44,936 nt of DNA, from positions 1-44,936 of the IMG/VR virus record IMGVR_UViG_3300045988_042992. One strand, 5' to 3'. The position numbers and the translations under genes are program-made. Origin of the DNA: a virus. Positions 6,544-15,589 of this stretch are shown here, one piece after another. A model generated the notes under the pieces. It saw only the letters and a list, made by a program, of their open reading frames with translations, did no database searches and was not told the DNA's origin. How positions within the stretch are numbered: position 1 is the first letter of the stretch; each line of letters begins with the position of its first letter.

Positions 6544-7143
6544 TCAGATGTTGTTGCAGCCGCTATTGCAGCCGCAAAACGGAGAGGGGCCCGCATTGTA
6601 GGTGTATCCGTTGGGATAACGCACTACGCCGCACAGCTGGTCCCTGATAAACAGCTGATTGTTGGCCTGTTCCAGCTGGGCGATACGGCCCTCCAGCTGA
6701 GATTTCTCCAGGGCAGCAAACTTGGCGTCAATGTTGGCGTTGACGCTGTCAATAGCCCGCTGCGTGGTGCAGCAACACTCCGACATTTGAGACTGGATGT
6801 TGTTTCCGGTCTGCATAATGGCCATGTTCGTACCGTTCTGCGCCAGGGCCATTTCCTTACCAAGCTGCCCGACATTGCCCTGCATTTCGTAACCCAGACT
6901 GCAAATGCCGTTGCCCACGTTGGTCAGGCGGTCGTTCAGCTGGCCAAACTGCTGGCCGAAAAGGATTTCCTGTTGAGACGAAGCGGTGGCATACTGGCCA
7001 AATTCGCCCTGCCGGTTCATCCCCCAGCCTCCGCCCATAAAGACGAAAAGGAACAGGATGATAATCCACCACGCACCGCCGCCCCAATTGTCATTGCCGC
7101 CATCAACAGCGGCCCGAAGATCAGAGAGGGAATAGTTGTCCAT
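6544..7143 (-). CDS. Membrane protein with a Gly-rich TM segment, coiled coil and Cys-rich C-terminus
   Basis: GGGAWWIIILFLFVFMGGGWG is a TM segment similar to the tiny YjcZ-type Gly-rich TM proteins of spore-formers. The C-terminus reads FCGCNSGCNNI. Confidence 0.6.
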   Translation of the reverse strand: MDNYSLSDLRAAVDGGNDNWGGGAWWIIILFLFVFMGGGWGMNRQGEFGQYATASSQQEILFGQQFGQLNDRLTNVGNGICSLGYEMQGNVGQLGKEMALAQNGTNMAIMQTGNNIQSQMSECCCTTQRAIDSVNANIDAKFAALEKSQLEGRIAQLEQANNQLFIRDQLCGVVRYPNGYTYNAGPSPFCGCNSGCNNI

Positions 7144-7192
7144 TTCAAAACTCCTTTCTTGAAATTTTTATAATAAACCGTTGCGCACCGGC

Positions 7193-7408
7193 TTATTTCA
7201 GGAATCTCATAAACTCCTTGGCTTGCTGCTGGAGCTGCTGGAACTGTTGTGGGTTCATTTTCCCTGATTGCAGCATTTGTTCCACTTGATCTTTTGCCCG
7301 CTGTGGTGTCATACCAGCCGCGAACTTGCGGAACTCCATCAACATTGCGAGAGGGTTATTCAGGCTTTTTGCGTTTTGCTGGAGCATCTGAATCATCGGA
7401 TTTGGCAT
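7193..7408 (-). CDS. Small Gln-rich hypothetical protein (71 aa)
   Basis: GGAGGAAATGCTAA-ATG start. It overlaps the upstream gene by 53 nt. Confidence 0.5.
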   Translation of the reverse strand: MPNPMIQMLQQNAKSLNNPLAMLMEFRKFAAGMTPQRAKDQVEQMLQSGKMNPQQFQQLQQQAKEFMRFLK

Positions 7409-7718
7409 TTAGCATTTCCTCCAATCTTTTTACGCGCTCTTCCAAACTGGTAACATCTACCTTCGCGGGGTCTTGATAAGGCGCAATGCTGTACGGGGTA
7501 ACAGTACAATACCCCGCCCCGTCGCTGACCTTGAGCCACACAACCGGGTCATTCTCGTCCAGGAGCAAGATGGAACTGTTGGGTGCCATGCGGAACGCGT
7601 CTGCCCCGTTTCTGCCGTTTACTCTGGTGATTTGGCACGCTTGCTGTGATGCTTGCCCGTATTGCCCCATGTATGGGGCACCGTATCCTTGCTGATATTG
7701 GTTGTTGAATCCGTACAT
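7356..7718 (-). CDS. Hypothetical protein with a Q/Y/G-rich N-terminus (120 aa)
   Basis: AAAGGAGGGCTGGCG-ATG start at 7718 (MYGFNNQYQQGYG...). Confidence 0.55.
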   Translation of the reverse strand: MYGFNNQYQQGYGAPYMGQYGQASQQACQITRVNGRNGADAFRMAPNSSILLLDENDPVVWLKVSDGAGYCTVTPYSIAPYQDPAKVDVTSLEERVKRLEEMLNAKSDDSDAPAKRKKPE

Positions 7719-7812
7719 CGCCAGCCCTCCTTTGCTTATATGGTACAAAAAAATCGCCCATTCAGATGGCCTGTAAAAGGTCTCTGAATGGGCGATCATG
7801 TCCAAGTGAGGT

Positions 7813-8052
7813 CTATTGATTTGTCAGCGCGTCAACAATTTTCGACAATGCCCTGCGGCGGTTTCTCTTGACGCTTTCCGGCGAGACGTGAAGCGCGTTG
7901 GAAACTTGTATATAAGACTTTCGGCGGATATCGCACAAAATAATGCACGATTCCTCATCTTCCGGCAAATCGAAAGATTGGACAAATTCCAAAGCTCTCT
8001 TAGGAGCCATGCTGGAAATGTAGTACCGAACGGCTTTGCGACTATTATCCAT
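7813..8052 (-). CDS. Small sigma-70 region-4-like HTH protein
   Basis: ...SYIQVSNALHVSPESVKRNRRRALSKIVDAL resembles sigma region 4 / LuxR-type HTH. The start is uncertain because no clear SD is present. Confidence 0.45.
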   Translation of the reverse strand: MDNSRKAVRYYISSMAPKRALEFVQSFDLPEDEESCIILCDIRRKSYIQVSNALHVSPESVKRNRRRALSKIVDALTNQ

Positions 8053-8138
8053 GGCAAAATAAAAGCCGTGGGCGTGCGGGCGCAATGCGCGGGCAGGGAG
8101 CGCGGCGTTACGTCACTCCCCGCCGTCCAGAATGTTTC

Positions 8139-8825
8139 TTACTTCTTTCCCTTCACCACAAACCCGGCAAACCCTGCCGCTTTCAGCTTTTCCAGCATCC
8201 TGTCGGCGTTGGCGCGGACGGCAAAGGCCCCCACCTGGACCCGGTACAGGGTATCGCCCTGGGCAGGCTCGGCGGGCTTGGGAGTCTCCTGCTTGGCCGG
8301 GACGTATTTCACGCCCAGATACTCACACAGGCCCTTGGCGATGGCCTCACCGATGTCCGTGGTGTGCTCCACGATCCACTTGGCACCCTCGGCGGTGTCG
8401 TGAAACTCGCACTCGCAGTACACCGACGGCGCATTAGGTACACGCACCTCATACAGCCGGGGGTTGGCCTGGATGTTTTCAGACGCTCCCGGCGTCAGCG
8501 GGGCCAGCTCCGCGAACACGGCCTTGCAGGCGTCGTAGCCCTTGCCGGGGATGGCATAGCAGAACAGCCGGGTGCCCATGACCTTGCCGTTGGCGGCGTT
8601 GGTGTGGACGCAGTTGTGGATGTCCGCGCCCCAGGCATCGGACTCGGCACAGCGCTGGGCCATGGTGGTGCCGAAGGCCGCCAGCTTCACCTCCACGCCG
8701 CTGCGGCGCAGGGCGGCAGCCTCCGCCTCGGCGATCTTCTGGCACTGGACGTGCTCGTTGGTATTGCCCCAGGCATAGCGGTTTTCCGTCTGGTCGCTGG
8801 GGCTGATGTACACTCGCTTACTCAT
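8139..8825 (-). CDS. Endolysin: N-acetylmuramoyl-L-alanine amidase with a C-terminal SPOR-like domain
   Basis: The N-terminal domain is amidase_3-like (...VHTNAANG...CECEFHD...). The C-terminus LYRVQVGAFAVRANADRMLEKLKAAGFAGFVV is SPOR-like. It lies directly downstream of the holin. Confidence 0.85.
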   Translation of the reverse strand: MSKRVYISPSDQTENRYAWGNTNEHVQCQKIAEAEAAALRRSGVEVKLAAFGTTMAQRCAESDAWGADIHNCVHTNAANGKVMGTRLFCYAIPGKGYDACKAVFAELAPLTPGASENIQANPRLYEVRVPNAPSVYCECEFHDTAEGAKWIVEHTTDIGEAIAKGLCEYLGVKYVPAKQETPKPAEPAQGDTLYRVQVGAFAVRANADRMLEKLKAAGFAGFVVKGKK

Positions 8826-9291
8826 TGTTGTTGTCCTCCTCTCCCGGCAGCTTGTTCGCCGCCGTGTCCTCGGTGTGTACTTTCAACTTTTTCAGCAGCG
8901 CCTGGAGGAAACCAGGCACCGGTGCACCAATGGCAGACACATTTTCCAGGATGGACAGCAGCTCGTTGATCACCAGCCAGATAATGACGATGCTGGCAAA
9001 CAGGAACTCCACCGGCCAGTCCCAGCCCAGGGTGTCGGCTCCGTAGCGCAGCAGCCAGTCTACCACAGCGGCCACGGCGACGATGACCAGGTATCCAACC
9101 TTCTTCAGGATGCCCCGCAGGCCCACCCGGGAGGACAGCTCCCCGGCGTTCCATGCCTTGGTCATGCCCGTGGCGTAGTCCAGCAGCATCACCACCACCA
9201 GAACCAGCACCGGTACCAGCAGCTGCACCCCGTAGGCACACAGCGCCCCCAGGGCGGCCGCCATAGCGGCCTTGATCGCGTTTTCTTTCAT
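8818..9291 (-). CDS. Holin (phage_holin_4/TcdE-like, about 157 aa)
   Basis: GGAG-ATG start at 9291. It has multiple TM segments and the ...VINELLSILENVSAIGAPVPGFL motif typical of this holin family. Confidence 0.8.
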   Translation of the reverse strand: MKENAIKAAMAAALGALCAYGVQLLVPVLVLVVVMLLDYATGMTKAWNAGELSSRVGLRGILKKVGYLVIVAVAAVVDWLLRYGADTLGWDWPVEFLFASIVIIWLVINELLSILENVSAIGAPVPGFLQALLKKLKVHTEDTAANKLPGEEDNNNE

Positions 9292-9356
9292 GTAAAATCT
9301 CCTTTCAATTTGTGATTTTGCTTTATTTTTTGTGTAATATTTGGCTATTTCGCCAA

Positions 9357-9385
9357 TTGACTTGTACGCACAATAGGCGTACAAT
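9357..9385 (+). promoter_or_regulatory. Near-consensus promoter TTGACT-17-TACAAT for the reverse-oriented cassette
   Basis: TTGACT at 9357-9362, 17-nt spacer, TACAAT at 9380-9385. Confidence 0.7.
9363..9383. promoter_or_regulatory. Operator-like perfect palindrome TGTACGC-N7-GCGTACA inside the promoter spacer and -10
   Basis: Read directly. The arms are 9363-9369 and 9377-9383. Confidence 0.55.
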
Positions 9386-9437
9386 ATAACCAAGTTAAAG
9401 GTAACGGACAGGCCGCAAGGCCGGAAAGGACAACATT

Positions 9438-9830
9438 ATGGATATCATCGAGAGAATGGGCCAACTCCACAGCGGCAGTGCCAGACTGCTTGTATACAAC
9501 CTCGGCGGGGACCCGATGCAGATCATCAACGACTGGCAGTCCCGGATCGGCGACAGCGTACCCCTTGCGGATTGGTTTGGCGGCGCGAACACCTTAACGT
9601 TGGACGACGCAGCCAACGGCGCGTACTGGGACATTGTCAAGTACGCCAAGTCCCTCTACTTTGCCCCCATGACCAGGGAGACCGCCGTAACTGTCGCAAA
9701 CGCCATCACCTCCGTCGGCAAGCTCCGTCTCGCTGACGACATCGAGTTTACGGACATCGCATTCGCGGATGCGTGGAGCAAGGCCCACCCCGACCAGCCC
9801 CGCATTAGCCGCAACGTTGACATTGGATAA
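9438..9830 (+). CDS. Hypothetical protein (130 aa), cassette gene 1
   Basis: ORF track; SD GAAAGGA; no family recognised. Confidence 0.6.
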   Translation: MDIIERMGQLHSGSARLLVYNLGGDPMQIINDWQSRIGDSVPLADWFGGANTLTLDDAANGAYWDIVKYAKSLYFAPMTRETAVTVANAITSVGKLRLADDIEFTDIAFADAWSKAHPDQPRISRNVDIG

Positions 9831-9844
9831 GGAGGATTACGACC

Positions 9845-10156
9845 ATGGCAAAGACTACACAGCTGACCAACGAGCAGGTCAAGGCGCTTGCCGTCATCTA
9901 CGCCGCCTGCTATCGCGCCACAGACAGCGACAATCTCACGGACACACTTAACGCGCAGCGGTTCCCGCTGAAAATGGCCTCGCGCTACGTCCACAAACTG
10001 CACGACATGCGTGCAAGCACCCCCGATATCGAGCGGCTTATAGCCGAGCAATACGCCAAGATCGACGACGACACGGCCCAGGCTCGCTTTGACACCTGCC
10101 TGTCGATGGAGCAGCAGGGTGTCTGGTCGCTGGCATACAGCCGCGCAATGGATTGA
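9845..10156 (+). CDS. Hypothetical protein (103 aa), cassette gene 2
   Basis: ORF track; SD AGGAGG; no family recognised. Confidence 0.6.
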   Translation: MAKTTQLTNEQVKALAVIYAACYRATDSDNLTDTLNAQRFPLKMASRYVHKLHDMRASTPDIERLIAEQYAKIDDDTAQARFDTCLSMEQQGVWSLAYSRAMD

Positions 10157-10167
10157 TGGAGGACAGG

Positions 10168-10308
10168 ATGGCCAAGACAGAGCGCCTATACATCCGGCTC
10201 ACGCCGGAGTTAAAAGAGAAGATCCAGGCCGCCGCCGAGGCGGAGGGCCGTAGCATCTCAAACTACGTCGAGCGCCTGATAACGCAGGCGCTCAAGCGGG
10301 AGGGCTAA
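10168..10308 (+). CDS. Ribbon-helix-helix (CopG/Arc-type) protein, 46 aa; below the ORF-track cutoff
   Basis: Hand translation gives MAKTERLYIRLTPELKEKIQAAAEAEGRSISNYVERLITQALKREG, a classic RHH pattern. SD GGAGG. Confidence 0.7.
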   Translation: MAKTERLYIRLTPELKEKIQAAAEAEGRSISNYVERLITQALKREG

Positions 10309-10324
10309 TCGCCCTCCTTTTTTT
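10299..10324 (+). terminator. Rho-independent terminator of the cassette
   Basis: GGAGGGC-taatc-GCCCTCC followed by seven T. Confidence 0.8.
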
Positions 10325-10379
10325 GCGCCTTGGATGGCAAACCTTTCGGTGCCCAAATCGGGCACAAGCCAGCATCCAA

Positions 10380-10541
10380 TTACACGTCCGTCTCGATCCC
10401 GTACCGCTCAAACATTGCGCGGATGGCGGGATTGCGCAGCAGCTTTTTGCGCTGGCCCTGATTCAGCTCGGCAAGCACCGTCTGCAGCGCGGCCTTGATC
10501 TCGGCGTTGTACGCGATAACGCGATCTCGCAGCTCACTCAT
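10380..10541 (-). CDS. Small hypothetical protein (53 aa); below the ORF-track cutoff
   Basis: Hand translation gives MSELRDRVIAYNAEIKAALQTVLAELNQGQRKKLLRNPAIRAMFERYGIETDV. ATGA overlap with the upstream gene. Confidence 0.5.
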   Translation of the reverse strand: MSELRDRVIAYNAEIKAALQTVLAELNQGQRKKLLRNPAIRAMFERYGIETDV

Positions 10542-10723
10542 GCCGTCACCCCCGACAGTAGCGCCTCCATTGCCTCGCGCAGTTCGGCGTTGTCCTGCTC
10601 CAGCGCGGCAATGCGTTCTTCTGCTGATGGTTCGGGCGCGGGTGCTTCCGCCGCCAACTTTTCCAGCTCCGCGACTTCCTCGGCGGTCATGTCGCGGTAA
10701 ATGCCGTTCTCGCAGATTCTCAT
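10538..10723 (-). CDS. Small coiled-coil protein downstream of the fibre genes (61 aa)
   Basis: Start MRICENGIYRDMTAEEVAELEKL...; the position is typical of small fibre-associated proteins. Confidence 0.5.
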   Translation of the reverse strand: MRICENGIYRDMTAEEVAELEKLAAEAPAPEPSAEERIAALEQDNAELREAMEALLSGVTA

Positions 10724-10793
10724 GACTTTACACCCCAAATCTCAATTTTTGTTCCGGCTTTAAGCAGCTCCGCTGTCTGGCACCCAAGCTCAG

Positions 10794-11351
10794 TTACGCC
10801 ATTGGGAGCGATGTTTTCCAACGCTGTGGTCTGGAGCCACCGATAAATCCATATGCAATAACGTTACTATTGGTACCAAGGCTTGCCTGTACATATGGCG
10901 GGTATACACTGTCAACTGCAAAGTATATTCCTTTGATGGAATTGACGTTGTAATTGAACAACGGGTACGAAACATTGTTGATGGAAATCCGTGTCCATCC
11001 AGAGTAAGCCTCACCACTAGCAATCGTGGGTGCGATAAGCACTTTGACCTTTTTGCAATTGTCAAAAGTATAAGTTACCGAATCGACCGACTCCGCGAGA
11101 GATGCGTCAACGAGCTTTTCCCACGTTTCGCCGCCTCCGCCTGACGCCATATCCACCGGCTCCCACGCGGTGGGCACGCCGGATGCGTCCACCGCAGCAA
11201 CCTTGGCAATCTGGCCGACCGTTGCGCCGGTGATGCCCATTCCCACGCCGTCCTTGCTTTCTAAGGCGAGGACGGCATCTTGTATATCATTTAAGTTTTT
11301 CGCAGTTATAATTGTTTGTCCACTTACATAATTTACCTTTTCAAGCGCCAT
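10794..11351 (-). CDS. Tail fibre / receptor-binding protein (185 aa)
   Basis: AAAGGAGG start. The N-terminal ...TAKNLNDIQDAVLALE and ...GATVGQIAKVAAVDASGVPTAWEPV motifs are common in Firmicute phage fibre proteins. Confidence 0.6.
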   Translation of the reverse strand: MALEKVNYVSGQTIITAKNLNDIQDAVLALESKDGVGMGITGATVGQIAKVAAVDASGVPTAWEPVDMASGGGGETWEKLVDASLAESVDSVTYTFDNCKKVKVLIAPTIASGEAYSGWTRISINNVSYPLFNYNVNSIKGIYFAVDSVYPPYVQASLGTNSNVIAYGFIGGSRPQRWKTSLPMA

Positions 11352-11364
11352 CTTTAATCCTCCT

Positions 11365-11817
11365 TTATCCGGCAATTGCCTTAATTGGGTGTGCGGCCAG
11401 ATAATCAGCAACCGCCTTGGCGATGTCATCCGGGTCTACGCCACCCATCCCCTTGATAAGCTCCATCAGCTGGTCGTACACGTCTGGCGTGGGGTTGGCG
11501 GGAGCGCCGCTGGCAGACCGCACGGATGACAGCGCCCGCAAGAGCGCCATGCGGCTGGTGTGGATGTCCCCGGCGTAGAGTCCGATCTGCACACACCCGG
11601 GCACAGGCACCGGAGGCAGAGCCACGCTGTCACCGGTAAACACGGTGTCGGTGTAGGTGCCGTCCATGTAGATCACGCGCATGGTCTTGGTGTCGTATGC
11701 GCTCCATTCCTCGTCCAGGCCCCAGTGTACGATATAATCGCTGTTGTCGCACACAACGGTCGTCCCGGCGGTGCATACCGGGCGCTTATCGGTGACGGTA
11801 ATGTTGATATCAGGCAT
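11365..11817 (-). CDS. Tail-associated hypothetical protein (150 aa)
   Basis: AAAGGAG start at 11817 (MPDINITVTDK...). It lies between two fibre-type genes. Confidence 0.55.
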   Translation of the reverse strand: MPDINITVTDKRPVCTAGTTVVCDNSDYIVHWGLDEEWSAYDTKTMRVIYMDGTYTDTVFTGDSVALPPVPVPGCVQIGLYAGDIHTSRMALLRALSSVRSASGAPANPTPDVYDQLMELIKGMGGVDPDDIAKAVADYLAAHPIKAIAG

Positions 11818-11830
11818 GTAATACACTCCT

Positions 11831-13558
11831 TTATGCCGTCCTGCGCCATGTGTACACGGCCAGGTACGGCGGCATATTGTTGTGGGGCTGGTCCCCGCAA
11901 TCGGACGTAGCCTTGCCCGTGTAAGCGTTGTACTGGGTACTCGCAGCTTCATATAGGCGGATGGCGTTGACGCCCTCCGTAATGCTCTGGCCCGTGTAAT
12001 CGTAGCCGTGGGTGTGGTTTGCCATCTCCGCCGCCGTCAGGACGTGCTCCTCCTCGCCGCCGGTAGAGCCAGCGGCATGGGAGTCACCCGCCGCCAGCAG
12101 GAATACGTCCTTGACCTGCTCCCACATCCCGCCGAACAGTTCCGACGGGGAGGTGGAATCTGTGGACTGGTAGATGCTGCCGACGGGGTGGAGGTAGTCC
12201 AATAGAGATTTCCCCAAATACAGGATGGGCCATTTAAACTCCACCACCTTTTCGTGTTCCGCCACGCCGCCGAAGCATACCCCGGGCAGGGAAAAACTCA
12301 TGTTCATGGGGACCGAAACGGTGGGGATGGTGATCTCCCGCGTTACCGTGGTACCCAGGGAATCCGCAGCTTTGACCTGTACAACGCTGGTCGTGTCCGT
12401 ACCAAAGGCAACCAGATACACAATCTTCGCGCCACTGGTCTGGTCGGTCAGCGTGGGCGCGCCGGTAATTTCCACAGATGCCTTGTTCCCGGTCAGCTGG
12501 AGGGACAGGGTGAACGTCAGCTTGATGTCCGCGCCCATGGCGTTATCCGTCCACACGCTGTTCGCGTAAGAGCCGCGCACAAAGGTCAAATCCTGGACCA
12601 CTGGGCCGCTGTACGCGTTCACGGTGATGTTCTGGGTAACAGATGCCGTGCGCCCTCTGCTATCCGTGACGGTGGCTACAACGGCCATTGTGCCGCTTCC
12701 TGTAAGTACGTTGGCCCCGTCCGGGCTGGCGGCTTTTCCGCCGATGGTCAGAGACTTGACCTTGATGGTACTGCCATAAGACCCAGCGGCAGCAAACGTA
12801 GCTTTCAAAGTGCTCTTGCCCTGTACCCAGCCGTATGTGGGCAGATATCCGGAGGTGTCGGACAGACTCACGGACAGGGTGGGTCTTACCGATGCAGGGA
12901 TGGATGCCGTCAGCGTGGTCGTATTGGTGCCCACCACGGTGTCCCCGTTGTAGGTGGTGATCTCCGCCGCGATGTTTACGGAGATTCCGGACGTATTCTG
13001 CGCGGCCCAATCCAAGGGCGGCGTGTACGGAATGGATATGGCGCTGGATTTTGTCACCACAGTTACCTGTGCCGCAGAGCCACACTTGAGTTTGATGGTG
13101 TGCGTAAAAGTGCTCACGGCCCGGGTCACTGTAAGTGAACCGGCAGAACCCAGCACAAGCCCGGTCGCTGAAACGGAAGATGCCCGGGGGATATCCGGGA
13201 GATTGACCGTGCCTGAAACCGTCAGGCTGGACGGTGTGTAGGATGATGTAAACCCACTGTGCCAGTCCGCAGAAAGAACCACAGACCCCTTGCCCATATT
13301 GTTATGGGCCACGGTGATGGACTTGCTGCCCAGCTTGTACCAGCCCCTGGAATTGTACCGGTACGGGTTATAAACCTTGGTGCCTTGCAGAGTGTAATAG
13401 CAACTATTGGCGTCCAGGTTGTAGCTCTCGCCGGTGCCGTCATAGATGTACAGCGTAAGGGCCAGCGTGGACTTGTTGTCCGCGATGCTCTGGGATACGC
13501 TGTAATCCAGCCGCAATTGCCAGCCGGTGGCTGATACCGGCCCATAAATGCTTGCCAT
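11831..13558 (-). CDS. Large tail fibre / baseplate protein with a C-terminal tail-collar-like domain
   Basis: The C-terminus HPVGSIYQSTDSTSPSELFGGMWEQV...HVLTAAEMANHTHG...QPHNNMPPYLAVYTWRRTA matches the phage tail-collar fibre motif. The N-terminal part resembles the siphovirus DUF859-type. Confidence 0.75.
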   Translation of the reverse strand: MASIYGPVSATGWQLRLDYSVSQSIADNKSTLALTLYIYDGTGESYNLDANSCYYTLQGTKVYNPYRYNSRGWYKLGSKSITVAHNNMGKGSVVLSADWHSGFTSSYTPSSLTVSGTVNLPDIPRASSVSATGLVLGSAGSLTVTRAVSTFTHTIKLKCGSAAQVTVVTKSSAISIPYTPPLDWAAQNTSGISVNIAAEITTYNGDTVVGTNTTTLTASIPASVRPTLSVSLSDTSGYLPTYGWVQGKSTLKATFAAAGSYGSTIKVKSLTIGGKAASPDGANVLTGSGTMAVVATVTDSRGRTASVTQNITVNAYSGPVVQDLTFVRGSYANSVWTDNAMGADIKLTFTLSLQLTGNKASVEITGAPTLTDQTSGAKIVYLVAFGTDTTSVVQVKAADSLGTTVTREITIPTVSVPMNMSFSLPGVCFGGVAEHEKVVEFKWPILYLGKSLLDYLHPVGSIYQSTDSTSPSELFGGMWEQVKDVFLLAAGDSHAAGSTGGEEEHVLTAAEMANHTHGYDYTGQSITEGVNAIRLYEAASTQYNAYTGKATSDCGDQPHNNMPPYLAVYTWRRTA

Positions 13559-15204
13559 CAATTCACCCCCACGAAGGACACGGAACCGTTAGGCTGCACG
13601 ACAATGCCCATGGGTCCCAGGCGGAACTTGCTCAGTTCCACCAGCTCAAAGCTGTTGTTGTTCCAGTACGCCAGTAACGTGCCGGCCGTATCGTAGAATC
13701 CGATTTTGTCGTTGTACTCTTTCAGAACGATTTCTGATGCAGATGACCCGATACGCAGCACCGGATGGCCGTCATCGTCGATACTGGCGTCGATGAAGTC
13801 AGAAAGCGTCTGGCCGTTGACGGTGACTCTTTCTGCGGACATTTGCCCGGCGGTGATGACATTTGCGTTGATCTCGCCGTCCATGGTCAAGGCAACACCG
13901 GAAATGGTAGTTCCGCCGTCCTTGGAGAATCCCAGCCCGCCTGTGGACATAATCCACATCCGTGTATTGGGCGTAATGGTGGGCGTATCTCGCAGGGTCC
14001 ACCCGACGGGGAAGCCCTGATCGTCCAGAGTCAGTTCATAATACCCGCCTTTTGCCCCGATGATCTTCTGCGTGGCGTTCTGCATGGCCTTGGTAAGGCC
14101 CTCATAAGCCCGCTTAATGCGTTGCTCTGTAGGGCTTTCCATGGCGTAATCTGCGTCCTGTGGGGCGTAACTGTGCATCGTAGAGGACAGGCCGCCGTAC
14201 AGGTGGATTTCCTGTTCCATAACGCACACATCCAGCCACTCGTCGGTATCGCCCTCCACCTGGATAACGTCTCCCACTTCAACAGACGGGTCGCAGCGCC
14301 ATTTTACATCGCAAGGCTGAAAGGATATCTCTACCTCCGGCTGAATCAGGTCCGCAACGGCCTGGTTCATGTATGGGTTTGTGGACGTAATGCCCAATCC
14401 GGTGCCGGATGTAATGGGTTCATCTTCCGTTCCGGTGGTGAGACTGGATACCGTGTACAAGCCGTCTGCCGTGCGGGTCAGGCCGGACATGTACTGCTGT
14501 TCCCGGCTGACCTGAAAAGTAGTCTTTGCGTACCACTTAAACACCAGATTGCCGTCCCGGTCGAAGTGCGCGGACTGTCCGCACAGTCCAGCCAGCCACC
14601 CCAGCTGCTGCCGGATGGTCCCCTCAAACACAGACTCGATTGTCATATCCGGGAAAATCACCGTTGGGGGAGTCAGGCCGCTTTGCGCACACAAGTCCGT
14701 CAGCATAGCATCTGGCGTGGCGGGGAACTCAATTTGCGGGGTGTACTGTTCCGTCAAGGATGCCATCTGGTCATAGCCGGTGATTTCCCAACCGTACGCC
14801 AAATTATCCACGCCGTCTGCGGGAATGTAGTATCGCCCCAGGGGGACATATTCCACCACAGACGCTGCGGTGCTTACGCCGACAATTGCCTTACCGGCCA
14901 CAGCCTGACCGGCGATGGCTGTCGTGCCTGTATCGCCGCCAGGAACGTAGATGCCGATATACGGAACAAAGTACCCACCGGACAACTGCAACGGCTCGTC
15001 CGGCTTGTAAATGCGGATTTTGCACCGCCCGGAACAGGCAGAGCCGACGGAAATACCGTCTGAAGAATCAAACGCCGGTGTTGCGGTGATCTCCTGAACG
15101 TAGTTTCCGTCAAGCTCTGTCTGCCCGTTGAAAATCACCTTGGCTTTGATCTCGCGGCCATAATCCGCAAATGCGGTGTGGAATGCGGTGGAGACATTGT
15201 ACAT
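13558..15204 (-). CDS. Tail-associated lysin-like / prophage-tail endopeptidase-family minor structural protein
   Basis: Size, position (after the Dit-like gene) and N-terminus MYNVSTAFHTAF...KAKVIFNG are typical of the phage minor structural protein N-terminal region. Confidence 0.7.
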   Translation of the reverse strand: MYNVSTAFHTAFADYGREIKAKVIFNGQTELDGNYVQEITATPAFDSSDGISVGSACSGRCKIRIYKPDEPLQLSGGYFVPYIGIYVPGGDTGTTAIAGQAVAGKAIVGVSTAASVVEYVPLGRYYIPADGVDNLAYGWEITGYDQMASLTEQYTPQIEFPATPDAMLTDLCAQSGLTPPTVIFPDMTIESVFEGTIRQQLGWLAGLCGQSAHFDRDGNLVFKWYAKTTFQVSREQQYMSGLTRTADGLYTVSSLTTGTEDEPITSGTGLGITSTNPYMNQAVADLIQPEVEISFQPCDVKWRCDPSVEVGDVIQVEGDTDEWLDVCVMEQEIHLYGGLSSTMHSYAPQDADYAMESPTEQRIKRAYEGLTKAMQNATQKIIGAKGGYYELTLDDQGFPVGWTLRDTPTITPNTRMWIMSTGGLGFSKDGGTTISGVALTMDGEINANVITAGQMSAERVTVNGQTLSDFIDASIDDDGHPVLRIGSSASEIVLKEYNDKIGFYDTAGTLLAYWNNNSFELVELSKFRLGPMGIVVQPNGSVSFVGVN

Positions 15205-15208
15205 GGCG

Positions 15209-15580
15209 TCACCTCTCCACGAAGTTCATGGACAGACTTTCCCATCTCCATTCCCCATTGATGCAAGAATACATGGGCGTAGTCCTGTCGCCCACATAGC
15301 ATGTCATGGTGCGGTTTGTACCGTCCTCCGCATCTGGCCCTGTCGCCTGGAAAAATACGTCCGTGACGGCTTTCAGGATTGTGGAGCATTGTTCAGCAGT
15401 CAGAGGGGGCCATTCCATGGTCCACTTCCGTTTCCTGGCTACCCTGTCGCGGAACGCATCACCATTCTGGTTTCTTCCGGAACCGTCTGCATCTACGTCC
15501 TGTAATCCCCAGGAAAAAGACTTGGGGTCAGGGAGCGGCACAGTGGTTGCGTCTTTCTTTTTTACCGTGATGATTGCCAT
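15209..15580 (-). CDS. Distal tail protein-like small tail component
   Basis: It lies immediately downstream of the tape measure gene. SD AAGGAGGG. Confidence 0.55.
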   Translation of the reverse strand: MAIITVKKKDATTVPLPDPKSFSWGLQDVDADGSGRNQNGDAFRDRVARKRKWTMEWPPLTAEQCSTILKAVTDVFFQATGPDAEDGTNRTMTCYVGDRTTPMYSCINGEWRWESLSMNFVER

Positions 15581-15589
15581 GTGCCCTCC

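Noticed and set aside
8085-8969. Long plus-strand ORFs antisense to known phage genes (for example 8085..8969, 12254..13138, 13765..15063, 21236..22588, 24074..25420, 35587..36228, 42645..43823)
   Set aside because: They are shadow ORFs typical of GC-rich DNA. Their products are Arg/Gly/His/Pro-rich and low in complexity. The opposite strand encodes recognisable amidase, fibre, capsid, portal/terminase, methylase and recombination proteins.
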